Assembly: GCA_036172245.1 (NCBI GenBank)
Contig: JAYWIR010000009.1
Span: 4,774,001-4,838,000 of the forward strand
Direction: 5' to 3'
From: Raillietiella orientalis
Lineage: Eukaryota
Length of the DNA stretch: 64,000 nucleotides
Each line of letters opens with the position of its first letter. Positions within the stretch are counted from its first letter, which is position 1. The notes below the pieces were generated by a model. The model saw nothing but the letters and a program-made list of their open reading frames with translations. It was not told where the DNA came from and did no database searches. Positions 40,020 to 57,649 of the stretch are shown here, piece by piece. The translations under genes and the position numbers were made by a program.

Positions 40020-42177
40020 CAAGAAGGAGCAGACGAGTTGCCATGACGCCACCGTTCGACTGGCCTCTTTCGGCGCGGCTTCTCGCCGCCGCAGTCCCGC
40101 GGAGGCAGCGCGGAGCTGCGAGGGAAGCTGCGGGCGACATCACATCGCGCGCGAAATCGCCCTGCAGCTACCGCTCTCTGCCGGGAAGTGGTCCACCGGC
40201 AAGACCCCCCTTCCTCTGTCCACCGGGAGTGGGGAGGGCCGCAGTGGAGCGTTCCCTTAGGGCACTCGGGAGGGCAACAGCACAATCCAGCAACAGGTGT
40301 GGGAAGGTTTCCCCTTCCCCTACCTGGCACACTTCGGGGCCGCACTCTTCCTCGTCCGTGGGGCACTCGCGCGTTGCACAGGATCGCCCAGTGCAGCGAC
40401 TGCAACGACGATTCCTACCACTTCAGGGGAGGCGTGGAACTATCCACAAACACTCTTCAGGAGGAACATCCAGGAGCTCTGTCCAGCGAAGAATTCTTCT
40501 GGAGAGGGCGGCAGGTGAGCATGCGTCAGCCAGTTGACGCACCGCCCATCATCCTAACATCTTCTTTCATGCGATCCCGCGAGTTACCTCCAATCTTGCA
40601 CGCCCACCGCCATGCCCACATTGCTGGATTGTGTAAAGCGCGGTGGCTGCAAGTGAGATGTTCCGTGCTCACGGAGTCTTCCTAGGGCAATCCGTGATTT
40701 CCTGCAGCAGCAAAGAGCATCATTCGGGGAGTCGCAGGCACCGCGATGGCTCCGGGACTTGTGTCATTTCTTTCCATCCACGCCTGAACCGTTGCCTGTT
40801 TCCAGATACTGCAGTGGGTGGAAATCCACCTGTTCTCCTGGATCAAGGCGACCATTTGCCAGAGTTGGCACCCGTCATCGAGGCAGCTCTCGGTGGCCAC
40901 GCACGAGGAACGCACCGAGTCCCTCGGCTCCAGCTACTCGCTTGGTGGGACGCACCGATGAATGGTCCAGAATTTCGCCGCTAGAGCTCTTCTTCGGAAC
41001 TGGAGCTAACGCTCCATCCTCTCCAGCATCATGACGCTAAGTCCGATGTCCCGAAACACTGCGTGCACAAGTCCTTCAGGCGGATCCGGGACCTCTGCGT
41101 TCCCCAGAAAGCGTTTCAAATGGTGGAAGACCCACGGAAAAAGCGAGGAGGAGTTCTCCTGTCTGCCGTGCAGCAGAAGCGCTCGTCCGTCACCACAGGA
41201 GATCCTCAGCAATCCAAGAAAGAGGCTGTGGGCTTCGTTCGCCCCCCTAGCTCCATTGCTACCCTCCCTAACGGGAGCAACGGACAGCGACCATCCAGCA
41301 ACGTAGGAGGCAACATGCTACATCGCAGCAAAAAAGAAACTTCTGGGCGAGTGGACAACACGGGAACTTACGGACGCGGCGACCCCGAGTGCCCCACCCA
41401 AAAGACTCACACGCTGGAGCTGCTCGCAATCTCCCCGGAGGACACGAAGTGGCCGTAGTGTGCTGGAACAGCGGCATCCTCCCCTTCGGATGGGAGGAGT
41501 TGGCGTCGCTGGCGTTGCGTTGGGGATTTCCATACAAAGCGCGCCTACACCACTGGACCCGGGGAGGGTGGGTGTGGGGAGAGATAATGCCCCTAGACTG
41601 TGCTGCCCTCTGACCTCTTTGGTATCGTTTAGAGACGATACTTGGAATCCCTGTGTGTGGCCCCAGGGACTCCCTAAAACGCCTCTTCTTGCGTGCCGCA
41701 TTGCCGCCACCCGCGTCTCTTGGAGTTCTCTGCTGTCTTCGAGGGATGGTGGCGGCCTGGAACGTGGCGAGAAGGGGACAGCTTAGAAGGGAAACCTTCC
41801 ACTGGACGAAAATCTTTTTGAGGACCGCCGCAAGATATCCCCACCTGGGCAACATCTGGAACGTACTTGCCAGGCGTCCTCTGCATCCAATCCTGGATTG
41901 GATGCAGAGGCAGCAAACCGTGATCCCTTCTCCGATCTCGCTGTCCCGAAAAAAAACTTTCCCGCCCTTTTTTTTGCTTGTTTATTTATGTTTTCGGTCC
42001 TCCTTTCTTCCCCATCGCTCCCGAAGTGGACCTCGCCAGTCTGCGTACCGGAAAATTGGCGGTTGCAACGTGTTTTTTTTTTCTGTATTACTTGGTGGAT
42101 CAACCGCGAAAATGGTTATATTATTTTCTCTAATGATATTTTTTATAATAAATGCTCCGTCAAATCTGGGTGAAAAA
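40020..42177 (+). mobile_element. Internally deleted LINE copy with 3' end
   Basis: Knuckle-like remnants near 40290-40410, ILPFGWEELASLALRWGFPYKARLHHWTRG, VLCCLRGMVAAW, TVIPSP, a T-tract, and the terminal module at 42145-42177. Confidence 0.75.
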
Positions 42178-42419
42178 CCTTCGGAGCGCTTGGATCCCCC
42201 CTCGGGCTTCCGTGCCTCTTAGGCGACTTGACCACGCGGGACTGCCCTCTCTCCGCCGAGGGGAAGTTGCGGGGCCCTCGGACGATGAAAATCCTTTCGG
42301 GTGGTTCTTCTCTGTTGCACTGCTTTTCCTTCCAGCTTTTTTGTTTTTTTTTGTTCGTTTTTTTCCTGGTTCGCCAAGTGCTGAAGAGCCGTTCGCCTCC
42401 TAGCGGGTGTTCATGAAAC

Positions 42420-44641
42420 TCTCGAAGCCCCCGAGGGTGCACGTCTAGCTCTTCAAGTTAGGTAACCCCGGATGGACCACGCTATGAGTCCAGGAAGACT
42501 CCGGAGGAGAAAGGAGTAGGTTCCTCTCACCCTTGGGAGGGGAACCCCCGAAGGGAGGAACTCCTTCCTCATTCTCTCCGGAGGTGAATCGAGGAAGTGA
42601 CCCCACAGAGGGAGTCACTTACCTCGTTTTTTCTCCGAAGGATCCGCTACTAAGAATTTCCGGAGGGAACCGGTAGAGCCGGTTCTACGTGTACGGAGTG
42701 CCGGTGCGCAGCGGGATAAGGCAGGGCGATAGCCTCAGTCCCCTGCTCTTTAGCACCTACTTTGAGTTGGTGCTGAGAGGGTACAGGGCGACTTTGGCTG
42801 CCTTGTCGGGCTCGTGCCCCGGCACGCCTGCCGTGTCGGCATATGCCGACGATCTTCTGCTCCTGCTGCCCATGTCTGCCCCGGCTTCCGCAGTCGATCT
42901 TTTTCGATCTGCTGGGCGGCGGAACGGGACTCCTGGTTAACAGGGCAAAGTCGTCGGTGGTGGCATTCGGAGACATGTAGGCAGGATGTCCTGATTGGAT
43001 CCGCTTGGGGATCCCCATGGGTGGGTACTTGAAGTACCATGGCGTTGCGTTGGGGGACTTCTGCGCAGAATCCTGGTCAGGCCATCTTCAGAAAATGGAG
43101 TTAATGATCTGTCCGCTCATGGAAGGCAAGTTTCACTTGCCGGAACGGGCCGCGGTATGGAACGCGTTTGAGGCCCCCATCCTCCGCCCCCTACTTTTTG
43201 TTTGCCCCGTCCCCGTGGATATAAAGAGAGGACGAAGGACCTCATGCGCTCATTGCCCTTTAAGGCGAGAGGAGGTCCCGAGTCCCTTTGATGGGCTTAT
43301 GCGCTCCACGTCTGGATGGAGATCTTGGCCTCCTGACGCTGGAGCGCATGGAAATTCAGCTGCGACGGCGAACCTTGGCCATCGCAACGAAGTTTTGGAG
43401 CACTCCTTGGTGAGTGCCGGCTCACCTCCTCGCCAGCCGTGTCTCCAGGACGAAGGACTCGCGTCTCATCTTCGGTGCCGCGGCAAGAAGAAAAGAAGAT
43501 GCAGCCTCCTCCTCGGACGCATGGTGAAGGAGAACAGCTGGATGACGTGTAGCCCTGCCAACTCTAGCGCATGGCTAGAAGAAACAGTTGGCACGTGGGC
43601 GGAGTTGAACCAGCCGAGTGAAGCAAGGAACTGCCTGCTTTTGAGCAACCTCTACCGCTGCTCGCTGCGGAAGGTCCTGGAGTGTCCAGCCAGGAGCACG
43701 CAGATGGAGATGACCCCTTCGCTGCGGCGATGCCTTTACTGAGGAGGGCACTTGGCACTAGCCAGACGCCGAGGTGGCAGGTCACCTGCGAGATTGTAGG
43801 AAGAAGGAAGATGCTAAGCTGTTGGACCATGAGACAGCTGGCGGACGCCACGACCCGAAGTCTCCTCCCGCGTGGACTAAAGAGATGAGGTGAGCTGCTC
43901 GGCATCCCGACGGATAACCTGAAGTGGCCCCCAGTGTTATGCGGATCAAGGATCCTCCCCGTAAAGTGGCAGGAGTCGGCGCTTCTGTTGTTGCACTGGG
44001 GTCTCCCCTGCAACGCACGCCGCCACCACTGGACGCGGGGGCGAGTGAATCCGAACTGTGCCAGGTGCGGGGAACGGGAATCCCTCCTGCACCTGGTAGT
44101 TGACTGTGTTGCCCTCCGGCTCCTTTGGGAACGTTTCGGGAAGACTCTTCGGATCCCGGATGGCAGCCCTCCCAGAAACGTTTTTCGGCTCCTCTTCGTG
44201 AGGGACGCCCTGCAGCCAGCCGCAGCCGTAGCAGCGCTTTGCTGCATCCGCGGTATTGTGGCGGCCTGGAGTGGATCCGACGAAGTAGAAGATGCAAACG
44301 ACAGGGGCGTCCTCGAGTATGCGGCTCGCTTCCTGCGGATAGCAACCCTATAGCCCCACCTGGGAAACATGCGGAAGGACTTCAACGGCATCCTGCAAAG
44401 GATGGACCCTCCACCAAGCGGACAGTGATCCCTTCCCGACTCTTCAGAGAATTATTTTTTTTTAATTTTGGTTTATTTTTCTTTTTGCTTTCCCCCCCCA
44501 GACCCCTCCGCTGCCGTGGAGAGTCAAGTCGGTCTGCGCACCGATGACCCGGCAGGTCCGTTGTTGTGTTGGCCGTAGCGGGGCCTTGTACCTCACCGGT
44601 TGTCCTGTTTATAATAAACGCCCCGGCTGACAGGGTAACAA
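42420..44641 (+). mobile_element. LINE ORF2 3' half with RT core (frameshifted pseudo-ORF)
   Basis: VRSGIRQGDSLSPLLF, VSAYADDL, VNRAKS, LKYHG, the zinc finger CARCGERESLLHLVVDC, LCCIRGIVAAW, and the terminal module at 44611-44641. Confidence 0.88.
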
Positions 44642-44649
44642 CACCGGAG

Positions 44650-47600
44650 GGACCCGCGAGGGAACCGTTTCCCCCTCTGAAAAGTACCCCGAAGGGACGC
44701 TCCCCAATTTCTCTAAAGGGCAGTTCTCCGAAGCAGCAGCGCGCCTCTAGCATTCTGGAGAGACGATCCTAGAGGGGGGAGTCAACCAGCTCCACGGTAC
44801 GCGATGGAGGGTCTTCCTGAGGGGGGGATAGGGGTTCCATTTTCCCAACCGGAGGGGAACCTTGAAGTGCTCCTTGAGCTGTCCTGGAAGGACCTCGGAG
44901 GGTCGACTCCCAATCCCGGCTAGTCAAAGGGGAGTCCGGTAACCACCAGTGCCGCCGCACCCGAATAGGCGGACCAGCGTAATCCTGCGGGGGGACGGGG
45001 GGCTGGAAATCCACGATGACGCATCCCCCATTTCTATGGCGTCGACCTGTCTCCTCCGGGTGGGATTCGGACCCGCGACGGCCCGGTGACTCCGCCGCGG
45101 CGAGCTCAGCCACCGCCCGGCCTCCGAAGCAGGACTCCAGAAATGACACAGGCTGCTATTTATAGCACTGAGAAGATACACTCGAAGACGTCAGAAGCGG
45201 CTCCAATCTGCCGCACCAGAATGCAGGGCCAGCAGGTGCCATCCTGCGGGGAAGGAAGGGGAAATCGAAACCCACGACGAATGAAGGGAGTGCAGCCACA
45301 AGGCATGACCCATGGATTGCTTCCCTTCCATGATTGCTGCGGGCCTCGTCGGAGTCCCCTTCAGGCTGTCTGGGGTTCGGAGGGGCACCTCGTCCCACCT
45401 CCCTACCCCGAGCGACAGGAGACCTTCCTCCTGTGCGCAGCTTCCGAACGGCGCCCCATCCCGGTGGCTCCTCCTCCGCGCTTTCTTGGAGAACCCCGGG
45501 ACAGCCACGTCCGCGTCCGCCGGAGACTCCCAAGGCCCGCCCTCTCGCGCCCTCGTGGCTCCCCGGAAAATTCTCGGGGGCGGCACCGGTCCCATATCTC
45601 CGGACAGCTAGCCGGAGTTCCTCCCGAGACGCCCTGCTGGCATCCTCCTCGGAGACCAGGCCGGCCGACCGACTCGAAGGTCCGCTCGCCAAATGGCGTG
45701 AGCGAACGGTGCGAATTCTACCGTCTCTTGGCACCGGCGGCTGGCGCTTCTCCCGGCGACGAAGGCAGCAGCGGAAGGCAGGTCCGAGAGGTCGTGCTCT
45801 GGGCGCTCCCTGGGGAGGCATCCTTGCAACAGAGACGCTGCCTGGTCTTCCGAGGTGCCTTCTCCCCACCCCCACTCCCTCTTCCCCCGACCTCCGCGCG
45901 AGGACGACGCTTCCCTCGGCGCTCATCGTTGCCTCTCCCTCCCTCCTTCCCACGCCGATGCGGCAGCGTCCATCCGCGGCTCGCCCCCCCCCCCCCATGG
46001 CGCGCGCACGTGAGCACACAGACGTCCGGAGCTCCCAGGTGGCGCCCGCACCTTCGACAGGAGACGAGCGGGAGGGGGGCGAAGGGGGGAGGGGGAACGA
46101 GTCTCATGGCAGGCGGCCCGCGCACACGCCGCACAGACACCTCCCGCGGAGCCACCGGCGACGCTCCCTCAACCCTCTCGGTGGTCACGTCCACACTCTG
46201 AGAAACAGGATCGGAGGCAAAGCTCCCGGACTCTCCCCCTACTCTCCCCTTCCCCGCGCGACTAGCTCGTCTTTTAGTCGCCACTACTGCGGATTTCCCA
46301 TCTTCTCTCTTCCGCCCCTCCTTCCGGTCCAGGCGTCCGGGAACGGCACGTCCGCATCCTTCGTGGTGACCGGGAGGGTGGTGGCGGCGGTTCCGAAACG
46401 CAGACTCCCGCGGAATTCCCGGCCGCGACCCATCCTCAGTGGGCGAGTCCGCCGGGAACGCGGGGGCATCCTGTGCGTGGAGAAGCCGGCGCCGGCGCTC
46501 TGCACCAGCCGCATCCCGGATGTGATCCTAAGCGGCGACCCGCCCTTCCCCTGCGTGCAGCGGCATCTGGTAGGCGGTGAGGGGCGAGCGGCCACTCCGC
46601 TTCTCCCGCCGCGCCGAGAATGCCTCCCGGCGGTCGAGGTACGGGATCTCGCGCCTCCTCAGTCCGCCGCTAGGTAGCAGCGCGGCAGTCCCCTAGCAGC
46701 GCGCTGCTTTGCGACGAGCGCTCGCGAAACGAGGCAGTTCGCTTCGCCCGCGGGCCTGCGGTGGTAGTATGTGTGTGAGTGGGCGTCGGGCGCGCTCTCC
46801 TTCCTCCCTTTCGTCTCGCGCCGGGTGATGGAGCGCGCGGACGAGCGGAAAAGCGTGGTGTGGTGGCCGTCCAGCCGCCTGCGATACTCTGGGGCTCGCT
46901 CTTGTGGTCGCCAGGGGCGTCCTCTCTCCGCCGACCCTATCCACCCTTACGAGGTTCACACTGAGGTTCCTTCCCCCTCTTCTCCGCTGAAGCCGGGACG
47001 CAGAGGCAGGGGGCGCGCTGGGTGGGGAGAGGATCCTTTGGTCCTTGGCTGTGGATGCAGACGCGAACGAGCGTGACCAAGGGAACATCCTCTTGTGAAT
47101 CGCCGCCACCACCCCCCTCCCCTCTTGGCATCACTCCTGCCGAGGGCGAACGGCGCGCCTGCCGCGGCAAACATCATCTGGAAGACCTCATCGTCCAGGA
47201 GGGAGGGTAGCACCCCCCGCCCCCCTCTCGTTCGCCCTGGAGTGGAGTGAATTCGCCCTGGTAACGGGAGTGAAGTGCCCGGGTGCTTGGCGCGCGCACC
47301 GTCCCTGTCTCCCTTCAGGGGTGAAGGCGACGACCCACACGGGGGGAGCGCGTGCTCCTGCAGGAGACATGCGGGCAGAGAAAGGGGGAAAAGCGGTCGA
47401 GGTCCCGCCCACACTGTTGCCGGGCGCCATCGGAGGGACGCCTGGGCGCGGAGGGGGGGGGGAGCTCACCGGAAGGAAGGGGGACAAGACAGCGAAGACG
47501 CCACGCAGTCGGAGGAGGCGGGGAGAGATCGTTGTCTCCCGTAGCAACGACGGCGGTTCCGGACCTGAAGACTCGCTGGCGCCATCGCGCAGAATCGCAC

Positions 47601-50600
47601 CTTGGCTCGCCCGCGGCAGTCCAGACTGGTTGGTACCCACTCACCCACGGGGAACGTGCGCGCGTCCTCCGGGCCAGGACGGCGGCCGCGGGAACGCACC
47701 CTGGCCACAGAGGGGCAGCTGGGTACCCGGAAGGGAAGGACTGGATTTTATTTTTAAGCCTCCATCGCCGGGAAGGGGTCGGGGGAGGGCACCGCGAAGG
47801 TGCCAGCGGTGTTCCGCAAAGGGGATCCCTGGGCGAGGTCCCATTGGGGGAAAAAGTCGCCGTCACGGGCCCTGCGTCGCCCCCCTCCCTGGCTCCGCGG
47901 TTCCCGGCGGAAGTCCTGCTGGTCTGGCGCCACAGTGGCGTTGCCGCGGGAAGGCCCCCGGGGAGAGGGCGGGAGGGGGAGGGAAATCGATAAGCGCAGG
48001 ACGGCGGCGGCGCTTCCGGGTCTTTCTGTCGCGCCGGAAGCCCCCGGCAACCCCCCCCCCCCGATTCTTCTCCCGCCGGCATCGGCAATGTCGTCGGCTC
48101 CCTCGGCCGACTTCCTAAAGACCGCCCGCTGGTCGAGCGGGCCAGTAGCAGCGGTGCGACCCTGGGGGCGGCTGACTCGCCTCTGCCAGCGGGCGACCGA
48201 GCTCGCCGCGCGGAGGCGGAGGCGCCCACGGCCGACGGGCAACCCCACCAGAGCGCTTCTTCCCTCTCCTCCACCCCGTCTTCTGTCTCCAGGTGGCACC
48301 CCTTCTAGGCCGTCGCCGCCCCCGCCACCAGGCACGCGCTGCGGGTCGTGGAGGCCCCGGCCGCTCCTTTCACGGTCCTTCCCAGGGTGCCCGGTGTTCC
48401 GCCTTCCCCCCTCGCTCGGGTCCGACCCGCTACCATCAGCCGTCTGCCCTCCAGGTGCGCACTCCCCACGATCCCCCTCAGCCAGTGGGCGGGCGGACAC
48501 GGAGGTGCCGCCGCCCCGTTCCCCTTCCGCTTCCTCCCCCTGTCTTCCCTCCCTCCCGGCTGTTGATCTTGGAAGATCCGCCCGTAGCGGTAAACAGGAA
48601 GTGCGCACCGACGCGCCCCTCCTGCCTGGCGCAGATGAACGCCGCCAGGTGGCAGGCGCGGGAGGGAGTCCGCGCGCTGCCCTCACTCGCTCGAGCTGAC
48701 GCCGGGCGCCCCGCGCAAACGAGTGGCGGGGTCTTCCCCGTCCTTCCCGGCGGGAAGCGACAGCGCCCACCACCCTCCCTTCCCTTCCAGGGAGAGCGCT
48801 TCCTGCGGAGCATTCCGCCCTCACTGCCGTCGCCGGGGCGACTATGCCCGGGATGGGCATCTTGCGGGCTCCGACGCGAATTCGTGAGCTACTCCACTCG
48901 CCGCTGGACGGCAGTGGAGTAGCGTGGTCCACGGGCGATTGGCGTGGTCCCACCGAGAATCTGCTGCCTTTTTTTCCTCGTCAGCGGTCCCTCGCCCGCC
49001 CCCCCCCCCCCATTCTTCTCTACAGGCTCACAGGAGGGCGATCGCGCAGTGCCCCGGAGGGCCTCCTTACACGGGCCGGTGCTGATCCACCTGGGGGGTT
49101 TTGCGTCTTTCCGGATCCGCTGTACTGGTCTCGCGCGGAGCCTCGGGCTGCGGAAGCGCGGAAACCGGCTCCGTCCACGCCAAGGAGTCCATCCCGCTTC
49201 TGTCCATTCCCTCCTGAGGCCATCGTGGGACCTTCTCCGGGAACGCGCGCAGCCCTGCTGACCTCCCGCAAGGATGGGTCCTCCAAGTGCCGTTCCTACC
49301 CCTCCTAGGTTATCTCGCCTCCAGGACCCCAGATCGACTCTCACCTCGCCCTGGAGGGGTGCGAGTGTTTTCAAATGGAGGGGGAGGGACGCTGCAGGAC
49401 GGCCGATCTCAGGCAGTGGTCGGGGAGCAGAGCGCGGGGTCCTTTGCTGTGACTCTCCAGAGGGAGGGCGGAGGGCAGGCTCCGCTGCTCGGCGCCGGCG
49501 GACCTAGGAAACGACCTGGTCCCCTTCCCCCCTGGGGGGAAGGGAGACAGGAGAGGGGGCTGGACGGATGCTAGGTTTACCCGGGGTAGGTGAGAGAGGA
49601 AGGGGTCGGCTCCGTCGGTGCGACGCAACCACCCACCCCACCTGAGAATGACCGACGGCAGCTGCCGGAGACCCGCCGGTCGACGGCGGTTGTGCTGCCC
49701 GTCCCGCCCCCGCGCGTCTCGGAGCCGTCGCCAGAAAACGCGTAGTCCTCTTCCCCCTTCCCTCTCCTGGCTCTCGCGCGCTCCTCGCAGGAGGGTCGTC
49801 AGCGGGGGGGCGCAGGGGCTCCGAAGGGTAGGACGGCGGGCGCCCGCCGGCGAGCTCATTCTCACCAGGAGGGTGTCGCGTCCCTCGGGGGGTCGGGAAC
49901 GCGGAGGTTCGAGCCAGCGGGTCGTCTCCTCTTCGCGCTCCCAGGGACCATGCTGACTCTTTTGGCGTGCCCGCGCCATCCCGACGACGCCAAACCTTCT
50001 TTCCCTGACGAAAGGGGAGGGGAATCGATAGAGGCGCAGTGACGTCACTGACGGAGCTCTCTGCTTTACTCCTCCGCCGCCGTATCATCTCGGACGGAGA
50101 AGCTTCCGGGTGCGGAAACGCTCGGGCAGAGAAAAAAGAGAGAAGGAGGGGGGGGGGGGGAGAACGCCGATTCCCCTTCGTTCCCGGAAGAGCCATGCGG
50201 ACGAGGAACGGGGGGGGGGAGGCGAAGAAAGAAGCGGAAGGCGGAGGGAGCCGCGCAATAGCAGCGCCGCCGCCGACGGCGGAGGTGCAGAAACGCAGAC
50301 GCGGCGGGATAGGATGGGAAGGGGCGGGAGGGAAGACGAAAATTTGTTTTTGTTTCTGCTTTTTTTGAAAAAAGATGGCCGTTCCTCGTCCTCCTCTAGG
50401 AGGACGCGACCCACGGACGCGTGCTCCCGGACGGCTGCCTCTCGCTGCAGGTCCGCACCCTCTCGGATCCCTCGGATCCGGCGCCACGGCAGGAGCCACG
50501 CCCCAAAGAAAGGGCGCGGGGATGGCCGTTCTTCCGCGAGTGCGCGGCGGTCGGGGGGCAGTGGGGCTGGGAGAGGCCATCTGGAGCCGCAGACCGTGCG

Positions 50601-51200
50601 TGCCGCCCTGCTCAGAGAAAAAACGCTTGTGGGAGGAAGGAGAGGGGTGACCCAGAGAGAACACGCGGGAAGACAAGAGGGGGAGGGGGGGGGGCGCGTC
50701 TCGCGGCTCTCCCGGAGCAAAGCCGGGTGGACTTCCTTCCTCTACCTCTGGCGGGGAAACGTCAACCCGACTCGGAGCTTCGGGAGCGGGCGACTGGGGG
50801 CGGTGCGCGCCCGCCCGCAGGCGGACTCCCGGAGACTCTTTCCGGGAGCCGGCGAGCGGCTCCTCCCGGGACCAGGGGGTCACCGTTGCCCCGAGAAAGG
50901 GGAAGGCTCGCGCGCGTGCATCTCGGCGGCCTGCCGTCGTCTCCTCCTCGGCCCTACGGAGGCGCCCCGCGTGGGGGAGCGTTCGGAAAGGAGGAGTGAG
51001 GAGGGGACATCCGGAGGGATCCGCAAAGGGACATGCCCCCTGGCTGCATCCGTCCCTCCTGGGCAGGAAGTGATCCTCCCTATGCGAGCAGTCCTTCCGT
51101 CGAAGGCGTGCGGGGGAATGCGCGTGGGCGGTGCCTGCCACGACCGGAGGCCGAGGGCGGGCGGAAGGGAAGAGTTGTGGCCTCTCGGGTCGGGCGCGCC
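44650..51200. mobile_element. Mosaic of decayed LINE ORF1/EN fragments on both strands
   Basis: 44790-45120(-) is homologous to 38680-38945(+). Other remnants: SCRRCGRH knuckle (~46050, -), PGREGLDFIF ORF1-like motif (~47730, +) and RDGHLAG knuckle (~48860, +). Boundaries are not resolvable by eye. Confidence 0.5.
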
Positions 51201-52228
51201 CTTCCTTTGCGGAGCGCCCCGTACTGCTCTGCCGGGGGTCGCCGCCGCCGGCTCCAGCAGGAGCAGTGCGCGTGGAGACGCAGCAGCAGCGGTTCTGCCT
51301 TTGCTGCCTCGGGCGGGCGTCCCGCGTGGTGGAGGCGTCTCACATGCGCGCGCTGCGCGCATCCACCCACGAGTGCGCATCTTTTCCTGCAGACCCCTCC
51401 GCCCGTACGCGCTTCGACGCTCGCTCGCTCACTCGTAGTCTGCAGCGGAAGCAGTAGCAGCCGGCACATGCCTGCGCGTCGACGCCGCGCCTGCGCAGCT
51501 TTTCTCGAGGTCCCTGCTCGCTCCCATGGACGACGCCTGGGAGCGTGCGCAACGGCATTTCGAGCTGCGTCGCCCGGCACGTCGTTTTCCGCTGGTTACG
51601 CGGAGAGGGGATGCGCTTCGTTCTTCTCCTTCTCCTCCTCCTCCTTGCGGACCGTGTCGATCCGCGAAACGCGAACCGTGGCCGGAGGGGGGAGGAGTAA
51701 AGAAAGGTGGGGGAGGAGGTCCGGTTGCCCAAGGGAACGCCTGCTCCCTCGTCTTCCCGCCCAGCTCGCGACCTTCCCCGAGCTCCGCAGATGAGCGCGC
51801 GCCCCTTCTCCCCTTTCCCTACGAGCTCCCGCGACTCCGCAACAGGAAAGGGGGAGAAGGGTCGGAGAGTTCCTTCTCCCTTCCTCCTCTTCCCGGTTCC
51901 CGCGGGCCCTTCGTTCCCTCCCCCCCTCCTGCTCGAGCGTCCGCGTCCTGTTGTTGCCCGTCCGACAATCATCCGTCTTGCAGAACGCGGCGGCAGCGGC
52001 GCGCAGCGGCGACGGGCGGGATGGTCGTCCGCCTCGGCAGCAGCAGCAGCAGCAGCATCCGTCGTCCCACGTGGTCTCCTCCTCACCCGCACGCGTCGAA
52101 CGGCGGCGGCAGCGGCGGCGGCGGCGGCAAGTGCGGCCGGTCCGCCCGCAGCTGCAAGTGGGAGAAAGCCGGCAGCGTGCTGCCTGCCAGTCAACCGCCA
52201 GCTCCCCCGCTCGCACGCTCTCGCCGTG

Positions 52229-52274
52229 AGCAGCAGCAGCAGCAGCAGCAGAAGCGGCAGCAGCAGCAGCAGCA
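52229..52274. repeat. (CAG)n/(GCA)n trinucleotide tract upstream of the SEA-LDLa gene
   Basis: Visible CAG runs, with further CAG/CGG runs at ~52037-52130. Confidence 0.9.
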
Positions 52275-52384
52275 GGCCGCATCGGCATCGGTGCTCTCTG
52301 TCCTTCCCTGCGGATCCGGTCCACGGATGCCCCGTGGTTAGAGTGTGTGCACGCGTGGATTCTCCTCCTCCCAGCTCCGTGTTC

Positions 52385-57511
<5,127 letters not shown>

Positions 57512-57649
57512 GGGGGGCCGTAAGGCGACCGGGACTCGGCCCCCGTCCAATCCCACCCGCCTCTCTCGCCGGGGGAGGCGAGCGAACGAAGCGAGAAGAA
57601 CCGGTCGCTCCTGACCCCTGGTTGTTCCGGGACCACCGGGAAAGGGGGA

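Noticed and set aside
45105..45122. GGCCGGGCGGTGGCT, resembling the Alu/7SL 5' end
   Set aside because: Similarity stops after about 15 nt and no SRP RNA body follows.
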